The notes under the pieces were generated by a model. It was not told the origin of the DNA. It saw nothing but the letters and a program-made list of their open reading frames with translations, and searched no databases. The position numbers and the translations under genes were made by a program. A DNA stretch of 64,000 nt from Sphagnum compactum (taxonomy: Eukaryota). Below are positions 1 through 12,531 of the stretch, one piece after another. The stretch spans positions 25,472,213-25,536,212 of the forward strand of contig OZ234493.1 in NCBI GenBank assembly GCA_965153455.1, in the 5' to 3' direction. The stretch's first letter is position 1. Each line of letters opens with the position of its first letter.

Positions 1-427
1 GTCGCTAATTTTTTCTGTGATTCGTGCCACTGCCAAAGTCACTGGACCTTTGTTGGCACGAAGGAATGTTCTGTTGATTCAATTTGTGGGAGCTTGGGAC
101 TGGGTACTGGGGTTGACTCATAATTTATTTATATTTCGCATTTTCGCACCGCAAGACGAATTTGTATTATTTTTTCACAGTGGCCTGAAAATAATTAATT
201 TAGTGCGAACAGGGTATGCCACTACGGTAATTCCATTGACTAGCCAAAGCCAAGGTCTGGGGTCTTGGAAACTGGAGCTTTCTTCCTCTTCCAAAGCAGC
301 CAACAGCACCTGCAACAGGCCAACAGCAGTCCCTGGAGGACATAGAGAAGGAAGAAACAAGAACCTCCCAAGGCTGGCTTGCTTGCTGGCTGCAGTGAAC
401 TCAAGAGAGATTCACAAACCAACGCTC

Positions 428-712
428 ATGGGAGGAGGAGGAGGAGGCGTCAAGAGCGTGGCCACTGCGTTGTCTCGTCTCACGGCTCTCTTGTTGCAGA
501 AGCGTAGCTGCGCTTCCTCTACCACCACCACCACCACCACCGGCGGCGGCGGCAGCAGGAGTACTAGTCCTGTTGCTCCTCCTCCCCTCATCGTCGTCTC
601 AGAAGAAACCCATACATTCTACTACATAAACATACTACCCAATACATTCACAGGAGAAGAGCACACCAGGGAGCTAGCTCCATGGGAAAGCTCTCCTATG
701 GCAGTTAACTAG
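428..712 (+). other. Low-complexity orphan ORF or possible gene fragment (94 aa; GGA, ACC, GGC triplet runs)
   Basis: ATG at 428 opens MGGGGGGVKSVATALSRLTALLLQKRSCASSTTTTTTTGGGG. Locally GC-rich and coding-like, but I recognise no domain. Confidence 0.2.
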
Positions 713-2595
713 ATTCTTGCGTAATCAATTCTGACATTGATTTAAATATATTTGTAAAAACGTTTTGCACTAGTAAGTCATTTATTTACCTTTCAACTTT
801 GTAAAAGAAAGACTATTGTTGTGTAGACTATGCTTCCTTGTTCTCATAATTAAAATTTTGTTAAATTTTCACAATTTAAGACATTAAAGTTGTGTTCTAA
901 ATATAGGTGTATCATTTGAATGCTCTTGAAGGATCCTATAAACAATGTCCGATGTTCACCTACATACAATGCATTAAATCTATTCAGTTTTCTTTGTACA
1001 CCGAGCCAAATCAGTTGCCAAATGCCCACATGACCATATATTGAATCTAGGATTTGCCACAATATTCATTCCTTGGTCTCTCCAAAAAACATTCTTTTAG
1101 AAATAAGATATTCAAAACTTTGCACATATTGAAGTTATCTGTAAATTCATACCATGTTTCACCTTCCATCCCATGTTTCTTGCCTAGTTATTGGTTGTGA
1201 TTGTCCATAACGTCATCCAGACTATGGGTGAAACTGGAAACTAGGGAGCATAATTTAAAAGTGGGTTGGCTGCCAGGGTAAGTTATTCCCTTTTAATTTT
1301 GAGAGATCTCAACAACTCAAGTGATATGGTTTCAACTTCAAGGCATGATTATGCTTTGTCAAGTGATGATCCAGCTTCTCTTCAAGGAGTGATGAGGAGC
1401 TCTTTGATGAGATGGAAGGAACACTCAATGGGGAAACATGTTATAGTTGCTATTGTCAATTCACGGGAGTTATTTTCTTGTAAAGAGCTAGAGTGGTTCC
1501 ATAATGTTTGAACCTACAGTGAACTTATTGAGTATTGAACAAATTTTCAGTGAAAATTCATGTAATTCAAAACCAAAACTTATAGGGGAATTTCGGCATG
1601 CTCTTGGTATCATTGAAAAGCCCTTGATGAGTTAATGAAGATGATTTGGAAATTTTTAGATGTGCAGTGCAGCAGATGTTGAGTTTTGAGTCAATTTTCA
1701 TCATTGAAAATTCAGTTACATTACGAAAACTGGTTTTGAAAGGGAAAATTAGTTGGGGAATTAGTTCACACTTGGGCAAATGACACCAGCTTTACTAGTT
1801 CATGTCAAACTGTGTTATCTAATATTCATCTTGTATGACAATTTTGTGTCAAGGGAGAACAAAAGCATTTGAAATGAAGGTAAATATTTGAAATGTTTGA
1901 TGAAAAAACACTAAAGCACCAAAACTGGAAAGGTTTTGCTTTACATGCTGCTCGATGAAATACCTTTCAGTCAAGTTTGGCTGTGATGTCAAGTGAGAAC
2001 CATGTTGCACCTGCAACCACTAGCTCTGTAAGGTCAAGGGACTCATCCCCATACAAACAGGCAATGTGTTAGAAACAGAAAGCAGCATCCACTTGAATCT
2101 CTCGTCTCTAGTCATAGGCTAGAACTTTACAATGACAGTTGATTGACATTGTTTCCCTGTTCACCTGATGGCTTCTCCTAAGTTCCTACTCTACAAATGA
2201 CCATACATGCATAAAATGAAGTGACCAGACTCAGGTCATAGGAGGGAGAAGTAATGCTATTGGTAATAATGAGATCAAAAAAATGCCCAATAGCTCCTTG
2301 GCCAAAATGTAATTTGACACTCTGAAAGTAAGCTTTACAATGTCAGAACCCACCCAAGAATCGAGAATCCCCTTTCATCAACTATTTAAAGGTTTAAGCA
2401 TACAGTAAAGAGTTTGCAAATGCAGAAGAAAATCCCTAACAAGTTTGTGATAAAAATCATCACACATGAGGTGCATCCTAGCCCTGAATGCCTACAGAAA
2501 TTCTCTGCATGGAGCACTAAGAAGATGCCACAATGTCTGCAGTTGCTGCCATGTCTACAGATGCTGAAAAAAGAGGACAGTGACACATTTTAAGC

Positions 2596-4795
2596 CTACT
2601 CTTGTCGCTCGAGCTCACCCATTCTTTCAATGATGGCCTGCATATCAGCAAACAAGCCATTACTCAAGAGCACAACTAAGAATTCTCAGATGAGTCCTGG
2701 ATTTTTCCTATTAGTGAGATGCTTGCAACAGAAGCATTAATGTCTCTCATCCATCATACATCCAAATAAGCTATTAAACAAGGTAATCAATAGCTGAGCT
2801 ATGTTTCTCTGCAGGCCTGTTGGAGAAATATATGATGGGTGCATAATAATATTGTCTCTAAAGATCTGAAACCAATATGTTTCAGCAACACAGAGAATGG
2901 AAACTGCAGATAAAGCACAAAAACCAAGCAACAGCTTTTCACCTTTTTGCTTGTCTCTTGCAGCTCACCTGCAAGAATGAACTCATCCAAAATAAGATAG
3001 ACCTGCAAAAGAGATCACGACTATGCTTAGATGTTGAAACAGGGCCCTGCATAACAGGGCAAAACAGAAACTTGAAATCAGCAATTAGGGTAATTTAAAA
3101 CTGCTGTCAAGAAGCAATGCCTTGGTTTTAGCAGAGAAACATAGGTGGGTGAAAGAGGAAGTGGTGAATGAGTCAGTTTACCTTGTGAAAATTGAAGACC
3201 AAATCTAGCTCACATACATTGCTGAAGAAATGGTCAAGAATTTCCACAAACAAGTGTATACTTTCAAGATACACAAGCTCATTATCAGTGATGTCAACAC
3301 ACATGGAGAAGAAGAGGCCTGCATATCGCCTGTATATTACCTTGTGTGTCCGAAACTGTGGGACATGAATATATCCACCATCAAGAAAGACCAAGATCAG
3401 ACCGAACAATGATAGCCAAAGATCCATGACTGAGAATCTCTTCACTACTATGCTATAGGTACTGCTACCTTTTGGAGCTGTGGCTATATAAGTCTTTGTA
3501 GCACTGTAATTTTGGGGACGTATACCAAGGCTACTTTTACTATAGGTTGCTTCTACAGTGGAGTTCCTATGGGGTTCAATTTGACCAACACTGCTACAAC
3601 TCAAGAGCAGACAAGTTGAGCCATTGAAAATGAACTGAGAGATTTACATCAAACTGGTAAAACTTGCTACATGTGCCTCTGGTTTACCAAAACAATCTCA
3701 CCAAAGAAAGCTTATTGTTGTATGGCCCAAACAGAACAGAAAAAGGAAGAAGAAGAAGAGGAGGAGAAGGAAACCTCTACAAAGTTTGTGAACTTGGGAT
3801 CTCTGTTGACTACCAATCGATGCACCTGCAATCAATTCACAGTCACATGTAGAGTTGTTTAGCAATCAGGACTAGAATTTCCAACTGCATCGAAAGAACA
3901 TCAGCCCATACAAATCCAACTCTATGTCTTACATGCGTTAAAGCCTAGAATTCACTGAGGATGAGGGAATGCTGTGGTTATAGAGCACCAAGGATCTCAA
4001 GTTCTTTCATGTCCTCTGAAGACATACTTCAGATGCTACATTCAAGAAACTCAGGAAGCTTTTTCCACCACTGAGGATGAGGGAATACTGTGGCATAAAG
4101 AGCACCATGGATCTCCAGTTCTTTCATGTCCTCTGAAGACATACTTCAGATGCTACATTCAAGAAACTCGGGGAGAGTATTCAACCTGAGAAAAAGCATA
4201 GTTGAAAACAAAGCTGTCTTACTTCTTCCGTTTGGAAACGACAGAGAAACACAAAGTGCTCAGAGTTGATCATTTTCTTTTGGTCTTAGGTCCAAAGAGA
4301 AAGAGAAAAGAGAAAAGAGAAAGAAGTACCTCGAATTCAAGCTTGTGCTTCTCGGAGTCCTCCAATGGAATGTAATATTTAGCAAGCCGAGTTTTTCCCT
4401 GCCGATTCTGCAGCAAGATGAACCGAATCTGCTTCCGTGACACAAATACCCCCGATTCATCATCGACTGTACGCAGCAGAAACACGCACTGCCTATATAT
4501 ACAAGAATGTCTTCTTGTTCTTCAGCAAGGAAGTTTGCAAAACAACAACTTCCTCGTAGAAACATTCTTCGAAATCAAACCTTCTTCGTAAAAAACTTCC
4601 CAAGTGCATAAAGAAAAAACAAGCATCGGTAAAAAGACACATCAGAAGTGCACCAAGACAGACAAAAAAACACAGCTATCATATTACAGACTTGCTGTCC
4701 TCGTCTCAAAATGGAAGGAAAAAAGGTCCAGAGCTTCTTCACTTCAAACAAGGATGGATTTAGAATTTCATTGAAAAAACAGGAATTATTACCAT
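2596..4795 (-). CDS. AP2S: AP-2 adaptor complex sigma subunit (AP17), 142 aa, 6 coding exons
   Basis: Exons (minus): 4793-4795 (ATG only), 4330-4428, 3775-3825, 3182-3355, 2943-3002, 2596-2637. All introns GT-AG and phase 0. Product [78 protein letters not shown]...[33 protein letters not shown] is the hallmark sigma-2 adaptin sequence. Confidence 0.96.
3953..4172. repeat. Tandem duplication (period ~117 bp) in AP2S intron
   Basis: cactgaggatgagggaat...gttctttcatgtcctctgaagacatacttcagatgctacattcaagaaactc occurs twice in succession. Confidence 0.9.
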
Positions 4796-4947
4796 GATGA
4801 CGAGCACACCAGCGTGCACAGATTTTTCCAAAGCTTCGGCTGGAAATGTTGCTCTCTCCTCGTGCAGATCTGCGCAGCTACAACGCACTTCCAGAAACAA
4901 TAATACGGTAGTCTCTCCCACGAGAAGACAGACAGGGGGGAAGCTCA

Positions 4948-5341
4948 ACTTATGGATCCATGAAATATTCATCCAAGTGCCCTCCTCATCCATCCACAGC
5001 TAGATTATTTGTATCCATCCACGAATGGATCCCTGAAATATTCATCCAAGTACACTCCTCATCTCCCCACTCATGAATGATTTTCATCCATCCACTTATG
5101 GATCCGTGCAATATTCATCCAAGTAACCTCTTCATCTATCCACTGATGGATGATTTGCATCCATCCACTTATCGATCTGTGGAATATTCATCCCAAGTGC
5201 TCTCCTCATCCAGTTATTGATTTTTCCCCACAAGCGAAAAAAAAAAACACAAATGTTTCTGAAAGTAAATGCGTAAGGGGAAAGCCTCCACCTATGGATC
5301 CATGATATATTCATCCAAGTAACCTCCTCATCCATCCACAG
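4948..5341. repeat. 73-bp minisatellite (~4 copies plus a detached partial copy) upstream of AP2S
   Basis: atggatcc..aatattcatccaagt..ctcctcatcc units start at ~4952, 5025, 5098 and 5171, with a partial copy at ~5294. Confidence 0.85.
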
Positions 5342-6529
5342 ATTTTCCCCAACAAGCAAAGAAAAATACAAATGTCTCTGAAATTGTGCAAATCTGACAA
5401 ACAAAGAAGAACGACCAAAAAACTGGCTTTCAAAATGTGGTAATTCCTAAGAAGAAAGCCCCAAAAATGGCTTCTAAGATATGGTAATTCTCAAAATGAC
5501 CAAAAAATTGGCTTCTAAAATATGGTCAAATTTCTATGAAACACCGCCCCCCCCCCCCCCAAAAGCCTACTGAGAAATGAGGTAGGTTTCAAAATGACCC
5601 TAAAAATTACTTCTTTCGAAATGTGGGCACAGGGTACAAAAGTTATCCCAAAAGTGACCCTGCTTTCATCCCTCAACCCCTCTTTCAACCCCTCATGATG
5701 AAAAATGGAGCAGGGCTTCAAGCCGAGTTTCAAGTTGAATCCCTTAGGGTATTGCTCAGAGTCATACCCTATTTGAATCTCATTCATCCATTCTCTCTTG
5801 ACTGAGAATCGGTCATCTGAAAGCTTGATATCCTATAATGATATTAAAAATTTACAAGGTCAAGATTTTTTTAATTAATATTTTCTTTTATTACATTCAA
5901 CCGTCACTTTAATAAAAATTTATTAAATCTCAGTATAAAATGCTGAAACTCAGCATTTAATGCACAAGATCCGAGAGTAATTATCATAGTTGTACAAGTA
6001 GGAGCAATGAAAATGTATGTAGCTGCACTAGAGACGCTCACGAAATAAAAACCGGGTAAAACTCAGTTTATGGCAAAATTAATGATTTTTCTAAGTTTCA
6101 TCCATTGAATGCTCATTTGTGAAAATTACCTTTGAATATTGACAAGACTGAAATGTGTGAGACTCAACACAATGAAACCTTGCCCAAGTCTTTTTAGATA
6201 TAATTTTTTAAATAAATGAAAAAATCAGGCAGGCAGGCCTTGTAAAGACTCCTGAAACCCAAACTCGATGGGTTTTAAGAAAACTTGAGAATCACCTAAC
6301 ACTGGTTTTTTGGTGGTGAATTTTTGCATAATAATGAATTTTCTTTAAACAGACCCAAAAAAGTGAAAGAATGAATTTTTGAGATGTTAGTAGTTATTAA
6401 CAATTAAAATATAAGAAATGTTCACAAAAACTAAGCTCACAATTCTTTACAATAACACTTGGTGAACATTATTCCTAAATGTGGACAAAAGGAAATATAC
6501 ATGACTCTTTAATCTGTAATCTTTTTCCC

Positions 6530-9500
6530 GTGTTAGTTGCATATATATAAACATCCAGTTATGCATCCGGATAGTTGCCATATATGGATGAATCTATATT
6601 TGGAATTTTTCAAGTTTTAGATATTCGATAGTATACACCATTGTGGAATGTATCTATGTACACATCTAATGTGTAAATGTATCCGGTTCATTAACCTTTA
6701 ATATATAATCGTATTCGGCCCATTAGGGTTTTGAAAATGTTGAATTTGAATTTAAGGTTTAGTTTGTTTAGGGTTTATGACTAAAACCCATTTCATTTTC
6801 CTTTTAACAATGCTTTGCTTTGGATCTTTGCGCTTTTTGCACATCATGATGATGTTCAAAACTCAACATGAATTTAGATTTTAAGCTTGTAAATTTCATC
6901 AAACTTTTTTTGTAAGTCCATTTATGCACTTTGGAAGTTTGCGCTTCCAGTTTTTGTTTAAATTCATTGTTTGAGCTTTCCTTCTTCTTGTAACATTGGT
7001 TACAACTCTTTCAAAGAGTTTGCTATGAAAGTTTGCTACATGAGAGCTTGGTGGTTAGTTAGGTGTTTTTTTTAATGTGAAAGATTAGTGTTCTATCACG
7101 GATGTCAATGCCATGGAGTTTGTTCATTTGAATGTTGATCCATGATTTGTAATAAACTTGCACCTAATATTTAAATTTAGTTTCAATTCATTTTTAATTA
7201 GTTTTAAATTAAATATTAATTCATTTATTGACTCTTAATTCACTTCCAATCGACTCTTAATTTATTCTTAGTTAAATCTTAGTTCACTTTTAATTAGTTC
7301 TTAATTCATTTTTAATTAATTATCAATTCATTCTTAATTCACTTTTAATTAATTTTTAGTTCATTTCCAATTAACTTTTAGTTAGTTTTTAGTTCATTTT
7401 TAATTAACTCTTAGGTTTTTTTTAATTGAGTCTTAGTTCACTCGTAGTTCATACCTGGGGCACACATGGATGCACATGGGCACATATTGGTGAACATGGG
7501 CACATGTAGATTGGATGCTTGAGAAACTTCTTTGAACTAGGTGCCCAATGGGTATAAATAGAGGTAAGACTTCTCATTACCTTTAATTTGTTCAACATCA
7601 ATTTTCGATACGTTTTCTTGTCATAACTTTTTTTTTCTTTGCAATAAAATATTGTTGGATTCTTATTTCACACATTTCATGTTTTTCTTGTTTTTTTGTT
7701 TCATGATCTAAATTTGGAACTAAATTTTTCCCCGTTTTCAATTTATTATAAAATCTTGTAAACTTGGTTGTTTTTGTGCTTATGACATGTTTAACAATGT
7801 CAAAAGCTTTGGGCCTTTGCAATTCCTTTTGCAAGAGATTGTTCTGTGCTTCTGCTTCCAAGTAAGAATTACGAAGTAAGAACTTTATGTTTCATGATCG
7901 TTTTTTGCTTACAGTTTTTTGTTTTCTTGTTTGGCATTTTGTTGTTTGGTGAATCGTGAAGAAGGATTATGTGTGTTTCTTGAATCTTAGGAAAATGTTG
8001 TTCAATGAATGTAAAGGAAAGGTTTTTTGTTAGTGTTCTATGTTTTATTTGTGTGCGTTGTTGTTGGAAAAACTAAGACCTATGTTGAATTTTTATTATA
8101 GTTTGACAACTTACTAATGAATTGCAGAAGTATTCGTCTATGTTTTGGTTGTTAGTTTTTTTAATATTTGGTGTCGCCAACTATTTAACATTCGTTGAGT
8201 GTTTAGCACTCTTTGCATTGATGTGTTTTTTTATTCAACGATCTTCTGCAACAATGTAACTACCAGCAGAGGTAAGTTTTCAACTTCATCAATTCCCATT
8301 TTATTTTTCTTGAGGTTTAAAGTATTATTCTTGTCTTGGTTAGTGCATTGTTTGTGTTTTTGTGTTTAGGTTACAATGGTTGAAAAAAAGGAAAGTTATT
8401 ATGAAGAGAATGTGGGTGGAGTTGATGAAAATACTCCATCAACTTCCCTTGCTCATATGCCATCTACCCCTCTTCATATGCCATCTTCATCCATCTCAAA
8501 TGTTGAGAATGTGCATGTGTAAGCTTTTAACATGTCAAATGTTGATGTTTCAAAACTCACTAATGTAAAAGCACAAGCTATGGCTTGGAAACCTCATAGC
8601 TTTTTGTCTATATGCTGGGGAGTTTTTGTTGTCAATGATGGTTTGTTGGTGGATTTGGTGAAACCACAAATGTTGCAGTGCATAATTTGTAGATTTGAGC
8701 AAGCATCTATTGATGTTTTGGCTCAAATATTTATGTTTTCCAAACATTTAATTAAGTATAGCAATGTAAGTGGTATTACTCCTATGACTATTCATGTGCA
8801 AATTGCACATCTAAGGTTGTTTTCTCAAAGGAAACATCAACTCAATGATAAGGTGGCAAAACCTACTATTCATGTTCAACAATCAGGGAAGAAAATAACA
8901 ATTCCATTTGGTTATATAATTATTTCATGTTTGGTGCCACAAACCTTTACAAATAATCTAATGAACACTAGCAACAATTTTTGGAGGATTTGGTCTTATA
9001 TATTTGCAAGGCTTACAAGCCCTTGTTTACTTGCAAAAATGTTTGGCATCATAGGTTAGTTTTATGCCAATGCCCCCATGTTTTATTTCTTTCTCAATTT
9101 TCTCTCGTGGAAAAAATGTTGCAAGCCATGGTTAAAAAAGACCATGGAACATGTTTTGTTGAATCTTGCATTTGCAATAGTGGTTTTTGCTAGTTTTGAT
9201 TTATGGATGTCTTATGATGGTGTGGATATTTTTTCTCTAGTTATCAATTTCCAAAGTGACACCTAGGTGCCCATGCATGTTACTATGGGGTTTTGAGGTG
9301 AATGGGACAACTATACAAGAGTCCAAGGCTGTCCAACTACGTATTATATTGGATAGATTTGGTCTATTACATCAAATAATTGCATTTGTAAATATGAAAG
9401 CATGAATAGTTTTGTTATGGTAGTAGCTGTGCATTCCATCATTAATTGTGAATCCCTAAATATTCTTAAGCATTAGGAGGGCACATGCTTTGGGCATGTG

Positions 9501-11130
9501 ACGTCCAAGGCTTGTCAGTATTCGACAAATGATGAAAAAATTTCCATTGGGTTGAAAATGTCAATGTCAAAGAAACTCATAGTGGTTTACAAAAAACCAT
9601 TACATGGACCAAAAAGTCCAAAAAAGGAAAGCAAGAATGGAAATGGGCTTGTTCTGAAAGTGGGATGTGACATTGAAAATTAAAGACCCATGTGAAAACC
9701 ATATTTGCTAACAAGGTCATCATGTTTGAAAAAACCCTTGAGTTTATGAATGCCATATTTCTTTGTTATGGCATGCAGAATTCTATTGTTTTACATCAAA
9801 TAATACCTAAAGCCCAAGTGTGGGTTATTGTTGAAGCAATCACCTCTACCTTGGATCATGTTGTATCAACTTGTGTGATGAATCAAAGTAGGGGCCACTA
9901 GTTGTCGTCAAATGCATTGACAATAACCATTACCTTTACTATGGAAACGAAAGTTGCACTATTAGAGCTTTTTACTAAGCTTAAAATCTTTGATTCGTTT
10001 AAAGTAGAGATTCGTCTTTTGCCCAAGAATATGTGGTTGGAGGTGATAAAAGTAATCAAACCTTTTTTGGTGTTTTTGAAGTCTTTTGATGCGAGGTAGG
10101 CTCACAACATGATCCATGCTTCAAGGCTTTGCGCATAGTGGAAAACTTGGTGGGGCGCATGAATGTAATTCGATTGGCAGCTAAATATGATGTCAAGGTG
10201 GTTGTTCCTCATTTGATGGTATGTTTTGATTAGCTAAACCCTGTTGCTAGTACATTTGTTATTGCAACAATTGATGCTGCAGGAGCAGAACTTGAAGAAA
10301 ACATGTTTGGTGTGGGGGCCTCAATTGAAATCTTTTTGAGCACTAGTCATTGGAGAATTATCTTTGTTCAGGAGACTTTCTATTTCCTCATCTACAAGTG
10401 CAGATCCACTAGCTTGGTGACAAATGCATGAGGGCCGGTTTCCAAATGTGAGTTTCTTTGCAAAACAAATTATTGGAATCCTGGGGTTCATAGATAAAAA
10501 CTGAATGGGTTTTCAATCTTGCTGGGGTGGTGACAATTATAAAGTGCTAACGCTTGCAAGTGAAGATCATGGACCAGATTATTGATATGGTGAAAAATTG
10601 GCTTGATGACCCGCGTGCCAATTGCAAGCCAAATTCAAACTTTAAGCAATACTTGAACACAAAATAGTCTTTGGCAAAAGAGAACTATAATTTAATTAAA
10701 GGACATAACTTTTTGAAGAAGTGAAGGTTGATGGTGATTAATTTTGTGGGGCTAGGAGGGGTGGAGAAATTGGGTTGAGTTTTTTAGAATTCAGGTTTGA
10801 TTCCCCCACAAGTTACTTTCATTTTGTTTGAATTTGTTCATGTTGCTTTTGTTATGAAAAGCTAGGCTATTGTTGTGGGTTTTTAACTAAGCACTAAAAT
10901 TGAAATTTTGATCTGCATATCTTTTGTGCATATCCACCATGTTTTGAAATTTGAAAAATGGCATATACATAACCGGCAAAGGAATTTTTAAGAAAATAAA
11001 TGTGTAACCAGCTATTGTAATAAAATGATTTTTTTTTGGGAATATATATCCTTGTTTGTTTAAAAAAAGAAAAAAAAACTTTATTGATATTCACAGGATA
11101 GGTATAAAACTTGATAACCGGACAACACTA
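6530..11130 (+). mobile_element. Degenerate hAT-superfamily DNA transposon; left boundary approximate
   Basis: Contains a transposase relic. Right end reads ccggacaacacta (rc TAGTGTTGTCCGG, hAT-like terminus). catccgg/ccggata subterminal-like motifs lie at ~6550-6700. A matching left TIR was not found. Confidence 0.6.
8376..10740 (+). pseudogene. hAT transposase pseudogene (frameshifts and stops)
   Basis: BED-like finger (CWGVF...QCIIC...HVQIAH), catalytic-domain start FASFDLWMS..GVDIFSLVINF, and C-terminal dimerisation motif ADPLAW*QMHEGRFPNVSFFAKQIIGILGS..TEWVFNLAG at ~10400-10530. Confidence 0.8.
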
Positions 11131-11482
11131 GTCTCTTCCATACAAGCAGAGCCAATAAAGGCTTCTAGAATGTGGTACCTAGTTATTCTTCAGACCATAG
11201 GAACAATAATTAAAATGTTTCCAGAATGTGTACCTAGGCTGGCTTCCTTCAGACACAAGGTTTTTAAACTTCTGCAAAAGAAGAAACAGAAGCTGTTAGG
11301 GCACACCTTTGCATTGATTAGTTGCACCTTCAGCCCAACACTACTCACCCTTAAACATGCAAAATTGGACAATATAATAAAGTCTTAAATTTCACCAAAT
11401 GGGCCAATCACCAGAGCCAGCGAATCATCTAAAGGAGTCATATTCTTTCATTGCCCCTTTTCAAGATAGGTAAATTGTATAA

Positions 11483-12141
11483 GAGCATCTCCACAGGTGC
11501 TCAGTATGAGGCCTAGCAAAAACAAAATTGGATGAAGAAAAGTCGAAATATGCGGGTATGGCCCACCATTTTCTCACAGGACGCTGAGGCTCGTCAAAGG
11601 TACGAAAGAACCTAATCAATGTGATATGAATGTTGCTCTCGGTTTTCAATTCGTTAACCATAATGATTGGTCCAGGTGGTTTGCTAGCAGTAGTCTCTCA
11701 CCTATTCGCAGCAGTGTTTCTTTTTTCTTTTTTTTTTTCTTTTTTTTTTTGTGGCATAATTTCGCAACTTAGACGGCTCTAGCAAGAAAAAGATCGGGAT
11801 TGGTTCTGGCGAATTTTTGTCAGAAATTTGTTTTAGAAAATGAAAATTTGTGAGATTTTTTGGGATCTTTTGGCCGATTCTTGAAATTAAGAAATTCAAT
11901 TAGCCACATATAAACCTACTCAATTACCAGGCTGCCATTTGTTGGAGCACTTCTCTAAAAATGCTAGAGCCCACCTAGGACAATCACCATTTAGTATGCT
12001 AATGAATACTAGGGATCCTCGCTAGCGGACATACTTGAGAAATTTGGGAAAAAACCCTGATTTTTGCGGTCACAGATTTAGATTTACGGATGTGAGAAAT
12101 ATTTTTGCTGGGTCACATACTGAGCATGGCTGGAGCTGCTC
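11483..12141 (-). mobile_element. Harbinger/Tourist-like MITE (family A) with a nested insertion
   Basis: TIRs GAGCATCTCCACAGGTGCTCAGTATG / CATACTGAGCATGGCTGGAGCTGCTC, flanks taa/tca. Internal sequence matches the reverse complement of the 55865-56195 copy. Confidence 0.8.
11712..12059. mobile_element. hAT-type MITE nested in family A MITE
   Basis: Termini CAGTGTTT... / ...AAACCCTG. The segment is absent from the other family A copy and is flanked by a degenerate duplication of host atttgcag (attcgcag / atttttgcgg). Confidence 0.65.
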
Positions 12142-12194
12142 TCATTTATATTACCATGTATAGTTCATTTTACTATCATAGGTCGAGATACAAA

Positions 12195-12391
12195 GGCCAG
12201 GGTGAACCGGCACCTAACATTGGTACCTTGATCTTCTTTAGTAAGGGCTCTTAGAGTTAAAAGAAGGGAGGAAATGTTTAAATTTGGATTCAGAGACCCT
12301 GGGGATGGAACATCTATAATACTTAGAAGCAAAACAAAAAGAATTGGGGTTTCTACCATGATACGAGTGTAGATGCTGCTTCACCTAAGGC
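12195..12391 (-). mobile_element. ~200-bp MITE (family B)
   Basis: Ends ggccagggtgaaccggcacc / gctgcttcacctaaggc; colinear with the reverse complement of 52762-52975. Confidence 0.7.
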
Positions 12392-12531
12392 ATGTCCTTT
12401 CCTGCTTCCATAAGCTTCCCTTCTCAATTGAGGGAAGAAAAAAGCTTGCTTCATACTCCGAAGTTCTAGGATCAATAAATTTGGGGAAAAAGAATGGACT
12501 ACAACAAAATTAACTTCACTACTATTCATCG

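Noticed and set aside
17..427. N-terminal extension of the 231-aa ORF
   Set aside because: Starts at a non-ATG codon (GTG) in AT-rich sequence; no recognisable domain.
3173..3604. 143-aa ORF as a stand-alone gene
   Set aside because: It is AP2S exon 4 plus in-frame intron sequence.
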